Below are positions 42,153 through 53,100 of a stretch of DNA of 64,000 nt, piece after piece (within the stretch, counting starts at the first letter, position 1; each line of letters begins with the position of its first letter). The DNA comes from an uncultured Veillonella sp. GTDB taxonomy: Bacteria; Bacillota; Negativicutes; Veillonellales; Veillonellaceae. The notes below the pieces were generated by a model. That model was given only the letters and a program-made list of their open reading frames with translations, made no database searches and was not told where the DNA came from. The position numbers were made by a program, and so were the translations under genes. The stretch is taken from positions 6,858-70,857 of the forward strand of contig CAUQIT010000012.1 of NCBI GenBank assembly GCA_963518505.1, written 5' to 3'.

Positions 42153-42713
42153 ATTCCATCCCTTTCATGTACCTATAACTATACTCTATTAGTATACCAT
42201 AAGATAGAAACAAAGATGATACACTATTTTGTATTTTTCTTTAGATCCTTTCATTATCTATTTCAATACTTCAAGGATATGCACCTCATATATTAAGCTT
42301 AAAGTATCTACCTGTAACAACTGCCATTCAACAGATATCCTTTCTGTAAACAGGTTTTAGTAAAGTTTTAGTAAAATATTATTAAAAATTTAGTAATTAA
42401 TTATTATATCACATGTGACGCAAACTTTATAATACAATACACACATATATTAGCCAAATTGATTCATTTATGTATATAATGTATTTTCTGTATAAAAGGT
42501 ATATAATGTCCTCATTAGGTTTACCTATTCATATCAAATATATATGATATATCAGAAATCCCCATAATCCAAGAACTTCTCTTTTTAACATTATATATAT
42601 TTGCTATGTTACTTTACAAACCGTGTCATGTATGATTAGATGAATGATTTAAATGCACGTCTAAATGATGCATATACTGTATATTATGCATAAAGGCAAG
42701 AAAGGACTTACTT

Positions 42714-43886
42714 ATGTTTTCTAAACTTTTTGATACTTTTTTAGTACACTATTTGGAACGATTTAATGATCATTGCTTCATTGTAAAAGTTGGCAATAAC
42801 GCATATACAATCGGTGAAGGAGATCCTGAGTTTACAATTATTGTCAATAAAGATATTCCCAAAAAAGATATATTAGTATCTGCCGAATTGGCACTTGGCG
42901 AAGCTTACATGCGCAAAGATATAGAAATTGAAGGCGATTTATTCAAAGCTCTTTGCGTCGTATTAGGTCATGTTAACAAAGACTCTATTAACAAAAAAGT
43001 ACTTAGTTCCCTCTTTAATATGGGGCTTAGAAAGAAAGATCAAAAACAACAAGTTTCATCCCATTATGATTTAGGGAATGATTTCTATAGTTTATGGCTC
43101 GATGAAACTATGAGTTATTCTTGTGCCTATTTCAAAAAGGAAAATGACAGTCTTAAAGATGCGCAATATCAAAAAGTACATCATATCCTTGATAAATTAC
43201 ACTTACAAGAAGGCATGACACTCCTTGATATTGGTTGCGGTTGGGGCTTCCTACTCATTGAAGCGGCCCTAACATATGGAGTCAAAGGCTATGGCTGTAC
43301 ATTATCAGAAGAGCAATGGAAAAAAGGCCAAGAGCGAATTAAACAATTTGGTCTTAAGGGTCAAGTGGAAATTGATCTAATAGATTATCGCGATGTAGCT
43401 GCCTCTGGTCGTCAGTTTGATCGTATGGTAAGTGTAGGCATGCTAGAACATGTAGGTCGCCCTAATTTACCTATATACATGGAAAATGCCTCAGCTATGC
43501 TAAAAGAAGGCGGTTTATTTTTACTTCATTATATTAGTGACCCTGCAGAAAAGGAAACCAGTGCATGGATTCGTAAATACATCTTCCCTGGTGGATCCTT
43601 GCCTTCCCTAAGAGAAATCATTGGTCTTGCCTACGAATATGATATGAATGTTCTGGATGTGGAAAATTTACGCTTTCACTATTACAAAACATTGATGTAT
43701 TGGTACAATAATTTCCAAGGTGTTCGTGACCAAGTAGAACAAGTACGGGGCACTGAATTTGTACGCATGTGGGATTTATATCTATGTGGTTGTGCCGCTG
43801 GTTTCTATATTGGTAATATGGATTTGCATCAAATTCTGATGACAAAATGCATTAACAATACCTTACCATTAACACGCTGGTACTAA
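42714..43886 (+). CDS. cfa: Cyclopropane-fatty-acyl-phospholipid synthase
   Basis: Carries the LDIGCGWG SAM motif and CFA-synthase family blocks (YSCAYF, SVGMLEHVG). Confidence 0.9.
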   Translation: MFSKLFDTFLVHYLERFNDHCFIVKVGNNAYTIGEGDPEFTIIVNKDIPKKDILVSAELALGEAYMRKDIEIEGDLFKALCVVLGHVNKDSINKKVLSSLFNMGLRKKDQKQQVSSHYDLGNDFYSLWLDETMSYSCAYFKKENDSLKDAQYQKVHHILDKLHLQEGMTLLDIGCGWGFLLIEAALTYGVKGYGCTLSEEQWKKGQERIKQFGLKGQVEIDLIDYRDVAASGRQFDRMVSVGMLEHVGRPNLPIYMENASAMLKEGGLFLLHYISDPAEKETSAWIRKYIFPGGSLPSLREIIGLAYEYDMNVLDVENLRFHYYKTLMYWYNNFQGVRDQVEQVRGTEFVRMWDLYLCGCAAGFYIGNMDLHQILMTKCINNTLPLTRWY

Positions 43887-43914
43887 GTCATATATTGTAG
43901 CATTTAATACGATA

Positions 43915-43970
43915 GGAGCTGTCATTGTATGTGTAGGATTTACTACATATGAGTGACAGCTCTTTGTTAT
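43915..43970 (+). terminator. Rho-independent terminator after cfa
   Basis: Stem ggagctgtca / tgacagctct, followed by a T-rich tract. Confidence 0.5.
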
Positions 43971-43998
43971 GTAAAAAGAGCCATTCTATGGAAATAAT

Positions 43999-44931
43999 TT
44001 ATGCCAACCCTGCCATCGATCGCATGACCAAATCAATATCCCTATTTTCCAACTCTTGAATGATATGGATATATGTTTTCTGCGTTGTGGTCATGCTTGC
44101 ATGACCTAACCGTCTAGCAACACTGGCAATGGATCCCCCTGCAAACAGCAACAACGATGCATGGGTATGTCGTAATCCGTGAACAGAAATAACGGGAATC
44201 CCTAGATTCTTGCAATATCTCTCTAACCTATCATTTACCGTTGAATTGTACACAGGACCTTTCACAAAGATTGGTTTATCCTCTGGCAAATCTCTGATTA
44301 ATTCAGAAAATTTAATAATCGTTTGCCAATCCAATTGAATCTTTCGCACAGAGGAGTTATTTTTCGTAGGCAAAAATCCACCACTCCCTTTGTAATCCCA
44401 AGTTTTATTCACAATCAGTGATTGATGTGAAAAATCAAAGTCTTTTGGCGTCAATGCTAACGCTTCTGAAAAACGCATGCCTGTCTTGGCAATAATAAAA
44501 ATAAACCAGTCCCAATTAATTTCTGGCGTAAGATGTAAATGTACCAACAACGTGTGCAACTCGAACTGATTTAAATACTTAATCTTCTTTTCTCTCGGGG
44601 TCTTTCCCTTAATGATTGCTTTTCGTGTCGGATCCCGATCAATGAAGCCCTCATCCACCGCATCTAGTACAGCTGCCTTCAATTGATGGTGAAAGTCCAT
44701 CGTTGTTTGTCGTTCATGATATACTGCATAGTCGTTTAATAATTGTTGATAGGTAATTCGATTTAACTCTGAAAGTCGTAAGTCAGGCACCAATTTCTGT
44801 AACCATACCAACGTAATCTCGTACTTCTTCATGGTTACCTCTCGAATAGCCCCTTCCTTGTACATCCGAATCCACCGTTCATAATACTTGCAAAATAATT
44901 CCGATCCTTCCTCAGCCTTTACCATATTCAC
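43999..44931 (-). CDS. Tyrosine site-specific recombinase (phage-integrase family)
   Basis: The catalytic residues appear as TGMRFSE (R), HGLRHTH (H-x-x-R), LGHAS (H) and TYIH (Y). Confidence 0.9.
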   Translation of the reverse strand: MNMVKAEEGSELFCKYYERWIRMYKEGAIREVTMKKYEITLVWLQKLVPDLRLSELNRITYQQLLNDYAVYHERQTTMDFHHQLKAAVLDAVDEGFIDRDPTRKAIIKGKTPREKKIKYLNQFELHTLLVHLHLTPEINWDWFIFIIAKTGMRFSEALALTPKDFDFSHQSLIVNKTWDYKGSGGFLPTKNNSSVRKIQLDWQTIIKFSELIRDLPEDKPIFVKGPVYNSTVNDRLERYCKNLGIPVISVHGLRHTHASLLLFAGGSIASVARRLGHASMTTTQKTYIHIIQELENRDIDLVMRSMAGLA

Positions 44932-45026
44932 ACCTCTTCATTTACATGACAACATAGAAATGGCTCTTATACATATCTTACTCGCATATTTCAAAAAAAG
45001 CATATACGGAGAGATATATTGTGTAT

Positions 45027-45665
45027 CTATCGTGTCATGTGAAAGTTGGGGAAATACTTACGCTGATGAAGGGTGATGAGGTTGTCGATGTTACTTAACG
45101 ACTCTCCAATTTTAGCTTGTTCATCATATGACTTTGGGAAAAATACGTATGTATCTTTAATAGCTCCCCTTGAAATTGAAGTCACCTTAATTCCTTGCAT
45201 TAAGGGAATTAATTGTTGATGATACGCATTAGAGTTTATATAGTACCCCATATATTTAGGTGCATACTTTTCTTTAGGACGACATGGAATCGTATGTAAA
45301 CCAGATAATACTTTTATACCGCTAGTTCCTATGATTTCGCTACATTTTCCAACTATTGAATCTTCTGCTGTATCAGCGATGATAATATCACCATCTTTTA
45401 ACAACGATCCAGTAAACCTTTTTACAATTTGCTCATCCTTTATGTATGGTAATTTATCAATAGCTACATCGATAAAATTCCCATATTTAATCAATACATC
45501 CCCATAGTGAACATTTTTTACACTCCCTACTTCAAAGTCCAATTCAGACCTTGATAATGTATTATTTTGCAATGTATCAAAGACATCAGCAAACTTACGC
45601 TGTTCCCAAGTATTTGTATGGAAGTAATAAAAAAAGAAAGCCGATACACAATCATCAGCTTTCAT
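45027..45665 (-). CDS. Truncated HsdS: a single TRD (target-recognition domain) cassette, probably a silent donor
   Basis: Its 212 aa hold one TRD bracketed by the conserved WEQRKF and NLITLHQRK segments. The ends outside these segments do not resemble HsdS. Confidence 0.8.
   Translation of the reverse strand: MKADDCVSAFFFYYFHTNTWEQRKFADVFDTLQNNTLSRSELDFEVGSVKNVHYGDVLIKYGNFIDVAIDKLPYIKDEQIVKRFTGSLLKDGDIIIADTAEDSIVGKCSEIIGTSGIKVLSGLHTIPCRPKEKYAPKYMGYYINSNAYHQQLIPLMQGIKVTSISRGAIKDTYVFFPKSYDEQAKIGESLSNIDNLITLHQRKYFPNFHMTR
45056..45086. repeat. 31-bp repeat, copy A (encodes the NLITLHQRK segment)
   Basis: acttacgctgatgaagggtgatgaggttgtc is identical to 48930..48960 and differs by one base from 49527..49557. 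All three copies are in direct orientation. Confidence 0.9.
45592..45610. repeat. 19-bp repeat, copy A (encodes the WEQRKF segment)
   Basis: aacttacgctgttcccaag is identical to 49409..49427 and in direct orientation. Confidence 0.9.
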
Positions 45666-45795
45666 TCCTAAATTATACCATACCTAATAAAACTATAGAT
45701 AGCACAATACTATCACTAGTAACATTCCACTCCCTTTTCATTTCTTCCACAAAGTAGTATTAACAGCCAACATTCACTGTCAGTACTAGTTTTTG
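45666..45795. repeat. ~130-bp direct repeat, copy 1 (downstream of rpn, abutting the hsdS-cassette start codon)
   Basis: The first 49 bp are identical to 46756..46804. The remainder is similar, including a hairpin followed by TTTTT. Confidence 0.85.
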
Positions 45796-45925
45796 TGAGT
45801 AATATAAAACCTAGATATATATCACAAATTCAAAAGCGATACAACTAGGTCTGACCCATTGTATCTCTTTATTCTTGAAAATAAGTTTTATAGCTATGCA
45901 AATAAAAGAATCTAATTCTTACTAT

Positions 45926-46741
45926 TTATAGTAATGCATTAGCCCGTCCAATCTCTTTTATTTGCTCCACTGTTAATTTTGTAAAGCGAGCAATCATTTC
46001 TAGCGACAACTTTTCTTGCAACATCTGAATGACAACTTCAGCTTTACCTTGAGCAAGTCCTTCTGCAACGCCCTCGGCCACCCCCTCTTTCCAATATTTA
46101 TAATGATCCATGGATAACATCGAGTATTCCTCCTTCCACGCTTCACAATGCTTGACCTCATATACAGCATTATCAATATCTCGCAGCAACTCATCTGTTG
46201 CTTCCTGTCCATCAATGTAGTCTAAAAACGCTTGCAACGGTTTTGACACATCATTCTGCGTTCCCTTTGTACTTAAAAATAACTTTGTAGCACCATCGTT
46301 TAAGGCAATATCATGGTCTTCGATACAAACGTTTTTGAAGGTATACTTATGACGATTGCCAGTAAACACTGGGAATGTACAAATAAAAATTACATAGGAA
46401 TCATTTAATGTCGTATACTTCTGACCTTTTTGAATATGATACATATCTAAAATACTTTGATAAAACCGTGTACGTTTTACAAGTTCTTCCATGTCCTTGC
46501 TAGTTTGCATTTCAATGTTAAACACCGTTCCTTTATCATCATTTACAAACACATCAAGACGCACACTTTTAGAATCCCACCGTACATCAAGATTTTTTTC
46601 TTCATGAATATATACAATATCTTTAATCGAAATATCTAACAACCGTTCTAATACAGCCTTACAAATGTGCTTCTTTAACATCACTTTCTGAAAGATAAAA
46701 TTGTCTTGGAACGTCAGTTCATCAAATGACTTAATGTACAT
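45926..46741 (-). CDS. Rpn-family recombination-promoting nuclease / putative transposase (PD-(D/E)XK)
   Basis: The N-terminus reads LTFQDNFIFQKVM...LDV...FNIEMQ, which is typical of the YhgA/Rpn family. The helical C-terminal tail carries a GVAEGVAEGLAQG repeat. Confidence 0.8.
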   Translation of the reverse strand: MYIKSFDELTFQDNFIFQKVMLKKHICKAVLERLLDISIKDIVYIHEEKNLDVRWDSKSVRLDVFVNDDKGTVFNIEMQTSKDMEELVKRTRFYQSILDMYHIQKGQKYTTLNDSYVIFICTFPVFTGNRHKYTFKNVCIEDHDIALNDGATKLFLSTKGTQNDVSKPLQAFLDYIDGQEATDELLRDIDNAVYEVKHCEAWKEEYSMLSMDHYKYWKEGVAEGVAEGLAQGKAEVVIQMLQEKLSLEMIARFTKLTVEQIKEIGRANALL

Positions 46742-46755
46742 GGAATACCTTCCTT

Positions 46756-46886
46756 TCCTAAATTATACCATACCTAATAAAACTATAGATAGCACAATAC
46801 TATCTACTAGCAGTATTCCATATCTTTTTTATTTTTCCCATAAACTAGCACTAACAGTCAACATTCACTGTCAGTGCTAGTTTTTA
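46756..46886. repeat. ~130-bp direct repeat, copy 2 (upstream of rpn, downstream of hsdM)
   Basis: See copy 1. On the minus strand it contains an extended -10 (TGGTATAAT) just upstream of the rpn RBS. Confidence 0.85.
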
Positions 46887-47124
46887 CACACCAGCTTTTT
46901 TATATTTTATACCCTGTTCTATACTCAATATATTAAAAAGATCCTTAATGTATTGTTAGCGTTAGGATTATCACACACACAAAATAAAAAGCCTAATGTA
47001 TTGATATTTGCGAAAGCTCTTTTCGTTAGGCATTTTCATTTGACTATTTCACAAGCAAAAACGATGCGACCAACCCTCACTAGTCGCATCATTTCCCTAT
47101 TATTTAACTATGTCAAAAAACTTT

Positions 47125-48726
47125 CTACAGTTTCACTCCCAACAGTGCTAACTGTTCTGCTATTTCTTTTTCCAATGCTGCAATGTCACGGTTATCTTGT
47201 TCAATCATGCGATTGATTTCATCAAGATCCAGTTCTTCCTCTTCTTCAAAGGTGTCCACGTAACGAGGGATATTCAAGTTATAATCATTCTCCTTGATTT
47301 CCTCTAAGCTTGCTACATGCGCGTATTTCTCTACATCCACACGGTTCCGGTAGGTGTCGATAATCTTAGCAATATTTTCTTCACTCAAGTTATTTTGGTT
47401 TTTCCCTTTTTCAAACTCGTTGCTCGCATCGATAAACAACACATCACGGTTCGTACGGTTCTTTTTGAACACTAAAATCGTGGTAGGAATGCTCGTGCCA
47501 TAGAACAAGTTCGCTGGTAATCCAATGACTGCATCCAAGTAATTTTTCTCGATGAGGGTCTCCCGGATTTTACCTTCTGCAGCGCCACGGAATAACACAC
47601 CATGTGGCAATACGATGGCCATCGTTCCTTCTGTGTTCAAATGGTACAAGCTGTGCAAGATGAAAGCATAATCTGCTTTGGACGCTGGCGCCAACTTGCC
47701 ATAATCGCTGAAACGAGGGTCTTTCAATTTACTTTCATTATTGTCCCATTTTGCAGAGTACGGAGGGTTCGCCACCACCGCATCAAAGGATCGCGGACGG
47801 TCAATGCCATCGTGGTCCACACCATCTGGCCAATCACTTTCAAGGGTATCCGCATTATGCAAATTCATGTTGTTATAGGTCACGCCGTGCATCATGAGGT
47901 TCATGCGCGCCAAATTGTACGTCACCGTATTCAGCTCTTGCCCGTAAAAGCTCACCGCCCCTTGACGGGAACCATCAGGAATCTCGTTACGCACGGTTAG
48001 CAGCAAGGAACCAGACCCCATAGTCGGGTCATACACCGTGAAAGTGTCCTCTCGGTTCTCCAAATTCGTTGTCACCAGTTTCGCCAAAATGATACTGACC
48101 TCGTGAGGCGTGTAGAATTCGCCACCTTTTTTACCCGCATTGGCTGCGAACTTGCCGATTAAATATTCATAGATTTCACCTAGAATATCTTTGCCCCTTT
48201 CATCCTTGTACTCGATTTCATCGATTTTGGACACCACCGCATTAAGCGTTTTAGAACGAGCTGTAAGCGTAGAGCCCAAACCAGAATTACCAAGATTTAC
48301 GTAGTTAAAAATACCTCTAAAATCCATAGCAGCCGCCTTATTCCGCTCAGTATTTTTATTAAAGTTTTCAAACATACGTTGATAATCACCTGCAGATACA
48401 AGACCATCATAGATGTTTTTAGTTAATGTTGCCCATGTATCTTCTGGATTGATAGCATATCCTAAAGAACTTGATATATCATCAAGGCAGTCTTCTAATC
48501 CTTCCTTCTCTACCAATGCTTTATACAGTTCATTAACAGATTTCCCCTCAGAAGAATCTACCAAACCGTTGTCCACCAAGTAATCTTCTTGATGGTTTGA
48601 CAAATACTTATAAAATAAGAAGGGAAGAATATAATCTTTGAAAGAACTTGCATCCATTGTACCACGTAAATCATTGGCAATCGCCCATAATTGATTAGAA
48701 ATCGTTTGTGCTTTTATATTTGCCAT
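47125..48726 (-). CDS. hsdM: Type I restriction-modification system methyltransferase subunit
   Basis: Has an HsdM N-terminal domain, the SAM motif DPTMGSGS and the catalytic NPPY (VVANPPYS). Confidence 0.95.
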   Translation of the reverse strand: MANIKAQTISNQLWAIANDLRGTMDASSFKDYILPFLFYKYLSNHQEDYLVDNGLVDSSEGKSVNELYKALVEKEGLEDCLDDISSSLGYAINPEDTWATLTKNIYDGLVSAGDYQRMFENFNKNTERNKAAAMDFRGIFNYVNLGNSGLGSTLTARSKTLNAVVSKIDEIEYKDERGKDILGEIYEYLIGKFAANAGKKGGEFYTPHEVSIILAKLVTTNLENREDTFTVYDPTMGSGSLLLTVRNEIPDGSRQGAVSFYGQELNTVTYNLARMNLMMHGVTYNNMNLHNADTLESDWPDGVDHDGIDRPRSFDAVVANPPYSAKWDNNESKLKDPRFSDYGKLAPASKADYAFILHSLYHLNTEGTMAIVLPHGVLFRGAAEGKIRETLIEKNYLDAVIGLPANLFYGTSIPTTILVFKKNRTNRDVLFIDASNEFEKGKNQNNLSEENIAKIIDTYRNRVDVEKYAHVASLEEIKENDYNLNIPRYVDTFEEEEELDLDEINRMIEQDNRDIAALEKEIAEQLALLGVKL

Positions 48727-48876
48727 AAAATCTCCTTTGTATATCTCTCTTATATCTAATTTTTTATATTGTGTTTTAGTTTTATGAAAGCCTCTTAAAG
48801 TAGCTCTACAGGCCTTACTGTATCAGACTCCCTATATATTACTAGTTAATTTGTGGGAAGTATCTCACTACCATCA

Positions 48877-50109
48877 CTAGACAAACATTTGCTGAAGAAG
48901 AGCCTTCTTCTGAAGTTGTAAGTGTTCTAACTTACGCTGATGAAGGGTGATGAGGTTGTCAAACTTAGATATAAATTCTCCAATTTTTGCTTGTTCTTCT
49001 ACTTTAGGTACCAAGATCTTCTCTTTAAGAAAATCAGCTGCAACAAGATTTGTCATCATTGTAGTCTTTTTCGTACAGCGTGATAATATTTTCCCCATGA
49101 TTGGTTCATAATTAATAAAATATTTCCAATAGTTTATATCATATTCAGCAATAGGTTTAAAGACCTCAAAAACATGAGACACAATCCCATCACCAATTGT
49201 ATTTTCTACAAACCTCCCGTAAGAGTACTCTTTACTTTTATTTCCCTCAAATGCTATTTCTCCATATCTAAATATATTATATGTCTTTAAGTATTCTTCA
49301 GAAGATACCTTTGCATCACTTTTATAATACATGCTAGCTACAGAAATAACTTTATCTAACTTAAAGCTCAAATCATTCTTCTCAGTAACTTTTTCATACA
49401 ATTCACTGAACTTACGCTGTTCCCAAGCATCCGTAAATCCTGGAAAACGAAGTTCTGGAAATTGCTCTCCATTTTTCGGAAACAATTTTTGAAGTAAAGC
49501 TTTTTTCTTCAATTTTAAGGATTCTAACTTACGCTGATGAAGGATGATGAGGTTGTCGAAATCAGTTAGTACCAAGCTTATTTTCTCTTGTTCTTCTTTT
49601 GATGGTATATATAATTTAAACTCTGCATACTCTTTAGAGTTCACCCCTGGCTGCCCCGATCTTTGAGACGTGATTTTTATAAATAAATCATAGTTTTCAG
49701 TTAATGTATTCTGATAAACAAATTTTGCATTATTAGATGGGTTTACATGCCCTCTAATTAAGAATCCTGCAAAATATAAATCTCCATCATTAATATCATA
49801 AAGATATGTTTTACCAACACTTGCACCAGTTCTAGCAAATAGAATATCACCTTCTTTTAGCTTATACATTTCTGTATCAGCATCCTGAAAATCTATTTTT
49901 GGCGTTGTCAGGTTTGACTTCAAAAACTTATGACTTACATCGTCAATATCTGTGATACGAATATATTTATGCACCCCATCATACTCTGTCGCTGCAGCAT
50001 TTAACCCATACTCAAATCGGTCAATTACGTCCCCCAGCTTACGCAGTTCCCAATCTCCTGTAAACCCAGGGAATCTTAATTTCGGCACCTTATGTTTTTT
50101 TCCGCTCAT
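48877..50109 (-). CDS. hsdS: Type I restriction-modification system specificity subunit (two TRDs)
   Basis: Shows a duplicated architecture. Each TRD is flanked by W-E-x-R-K and L-I-x-L-H-Q-R-K-L-E conserved segments. Confidence 0.93.
   Translation of the reverse strand: MSGKKHKVPKLRFPGFTGDWELRKLGDVIDRFEYGLNAAATEYDGVHKYIRITDIDDVSHKFLKSNLTTPKIDFQDADTEMYKLKEGDILFARTGASVGKTYLYDINDGDLYFAGFLIRGHVNPSNNAKFVYQNTLTENYDLFIKITSQRSGQPGVNSKEYAEFKLYIPSKEEQEKISLVLTDFDNLIILHQRKLESLKLKKKALLQKLFPKNGEQFPELRFPGFTDAWEQRKFSELYEKVTEKNDLSFKLDKVISVASMYYKSDAKVSSEEYLKTYNIFRYGEIAFEGNKSKEYSYGRFVENTIGDGIVSHVFEVFKPIAEYDINYWKYFINYEPIMGKILSRCTKKTTMMTNLVAADFLKEKILVPKVEEQAKIGEFISKFDNLITLHQRKLEHLQLQKKALLQQMFV
48930..48960. repeat. 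31-bp repeat, copy B (3' boundary of hsdS TRD2)
   Basis: Identical to 45056..45086. Confidence 0.9.
49409..49427. repeat. 19-bp repeat, copy B (5' boundary of hsdS TRD2)
   Basis: Identical to 45592..45610. Confidence 0.9.
49527..49557. repeat. 31-bp repeat, copy C (central conserved region of hsdS)
   Basis: Differs by one base from copies A and B. Confidence 0.85.
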
Positions 50110-50123
50110 TATATCACCATTCT

Positions 50124-53100
50124 TTATCCTTCACTGACATACTCATTCGCAAATGCATAGATGGCCTTAATTACCCCTGTTCTATATGCAAGCAAGCCCA
50201 GTTCTACTACTTTGGGATCTTTTGCCTTGCTCCTATATTCCTTTCCCGCTACCTTTTTCAATTCCGTCATACGTCCAGCATCATCGAAATCCTCTTTACC
50301 ATACTCATGACGATTAAACATATCTAAAAGTTCCTCATTAGTAATATGATCAATAATCCCCCATTGTTCCCGGAATTTATAAATCTTGTCATTCACAAGA
50401 CCTACATTAACAGTTTCAACGATATCCAAGCAATCTTTCAATTTTACTGGATATGTAATATTGCTATTAACAGGTGGGTAATCTCCATTATAAATTTCAG
50501 TCGCAGCCTTATTAATTTGTTTAGCCAAGTGCCTATCTTCTAAAGATAATGCAAAATTATTAATTTTTTCAAGGTATGAGTCAGCATCTATTTTTCGATT
50601 TTCATGGACCGCGTTCATTAAGCCCTCAATAAGTTCTGTCAGATAATCGTAATTTACTTCTACCTCTTTTACATGAACCATACGAAGTTCAATATGTGTT
50701 ACTGGAATACTTCGTGCATCTGCTAGACGTTCTTTTAAATCATTCACCAACGATGTAGTTAGCATCTCTTCTTCCTCTAGGGTCATTCCTACCATACGGA
50801 TTAAATCCTCTGGTTTATCATAATCATAACCTATGAGTGTACCATCAAGAACCTCTGCATCATATTGCTTTAATTTTCTCATTCCACTATTGTACAAACG
50901 CATAACATTAAGCATTTCTTCCTGTTTAGCTTCACTACGTGGCACTTCTGTAAAATGATCTGTCATATCTCTTAATTGGTTTACAATATATTGAACCTTT
51001 ACCAATTGTTCTTTAAATGACTCAGCCAAAATACCTGCATCTACGAGTTCTTTTGGATCTGCTTCATCCCCATCAATAAACGATTCTTGTACGTTAGCTG
51101 AATCTCTATTTGCATAGATTCCCAATGCCTCGTTCATATGCTTTTCGTTCTGAATAGGCCAACGATAATTAATAATACGACCAAAATCCTTTTTACCTAT
51201 ATTAGCAATTCGATTAGTTCTAGAATAAGCCTGAATAAGAGCAGCCCCTTTTAATGTTCGATCCACATATAAAGTATTTAATTGAGGTGCGTCAAATCCT
51301 GTTAATAATTGTTCCACGACAATAACTATATCCAAAAATTTTCCATCGCGAGCAGTCCGATTCAATCGACTCCTTACATCCTCCATATACGCGGCATCAT
51401 CTTCGATAACAAAACTAGTCCCAAACATTTCATTGTAATGTTTCATAGCGCGCTTCAATCCATCATTTGCTTCAATTTGCCCGTCATTATGGTTTGTACT
51501 TTTTCGATAAGTAATAGCAACCTTTAAAGTAAATTGTCCAAGCTTAGCTCTCTCTTTATTTACTTTTTGAAATTCATCAAAATACATCAGTGCCATAGGT
51601 ATACTAGGACTATTACCGCCTACATGTGTAGTAAACAAAGCATTGTATAAACCATCACAAGAACGATTGCGCCAGTGCTTAAAGATATCATCCACAACTA
51701 ATCGAACATGTTCTTCATTATTGTCATAAAAGCTAGGTGTTAGCATATCATCCATATCATCGGAAGTCATATTTAAAATACGTTCACGTATTTCTTCATC
51801 AGTCCAATATGGATAACATTGACGATAAAAGTTCGGAAGATATTCTTCCTTCATTGTTACTTCATCAATAGTCGTTTCAAAATCCACTTTAAATCCTAAG
51901 ACATTTTTATCTGATATAGCTTCACGAATAGTATATGCATGTAGTATATTTCCAAAAACCTCATGTGTTTTACTGCAAACGCTACCTCCCATATTATCAA
52001 ACATAGGTGTTCCAGTGTAGCCTACCCAGGCAGCGCCTTTAAATACCTTTTGTAACTCCTCAAAGCTGTCACCCCCTGTAGAGCGATGGGCTTCATCCAC
52101 AATAAAAACATAATTCTTCTTCGGTAAAACGAAATCTTTACGTTTAATAAGGTTTATTAGTTTTTGTACAGAAGTAACAATAATACCATTTCCTTTATCG
52201 CCCAGTTTTTTCTTGAGTTCTTTTATATTTTCCGTGCCACCTATCATCTCATGTTTCCGCCCATCCATATCAATACTACCTGTGGGATCATAGGCCTTAT
52301 AATTTTCTTCTGTTTGTCTTGTTAAAGCAATACGGTCTACTAAAAATACAACTTTATCTATATTAGGCATTCGACTTGCTAACCACGCTGTTTTAAAGCT
52401 AGTAATTGTTTTTCCTGATCCAGTAGTATGCCAAATATATCCCAATCTATTAATCGGCGCTTCAAAATCAGCAATTCTCAATGCTTCCAGCACTTTTTTT
52501 GTGGCATATACCTGATATGGTCGCATAACTTTCAGTACTTGATTGTTTTTACTTCCATCAAGAATTGTAAATTGCGTAGACATCTGATGGGCCATTGGAA
52601 TTGACAAAAATATGTCAGTAAATACTTTCCAATCTCGTACTACCTTTCCATCCTCTGGATCTTGCCAATAAAAAGCAAAGTCCTCATTAAACATTTCATA
52701 CGTAGTATTTGCCATATATTTAATTTGTGTAGGTTTCATTGCTACAAGAATTTGTACGGTGGAAAATATATCACTATATTGTCTTTCCTTAATATACTCT
52801 TTAATCTGATTTAATGCAGATTCTATTCGTTCTTTAGATCTTTTTTCTTCTATTTGAATGATTGGTAACCCGTTAATAAGTAATGTCGTATCAAATCTTC
52901 TATCTTGTCCATCTGGACTCTTTTTAGGACATTGTATTTGGGTCACTACCTGATATATGGTATTTCCAGCACCTATTTGTTTTTGATCAAAAATTGTCAG
53001 TATTACATGCCGTCCATCATCTAAGTCTACCTCTACTTCAGATTTCCCATTAACTCCGTATAAAAATTGCCCTGCCTGATAAGGTGTATATAACTCATTA

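Noticed and set aside
46953-47216. An 87-aa plus-strand ORF overlapping the hsdM 3' end
   Set aside because: It is antisense to hsdM and the adjacent intergenic region, and nothing supports it.
45056-49557. A classical invertible hsdS shufflon
   Set aside because: All copies of the 31-bp and 19-bp repeats, and both hsdS reading frames, are in the same orientation. Inversion between them is not possible. The arrangement is reported instead as an unusual direct-repeat cassette.
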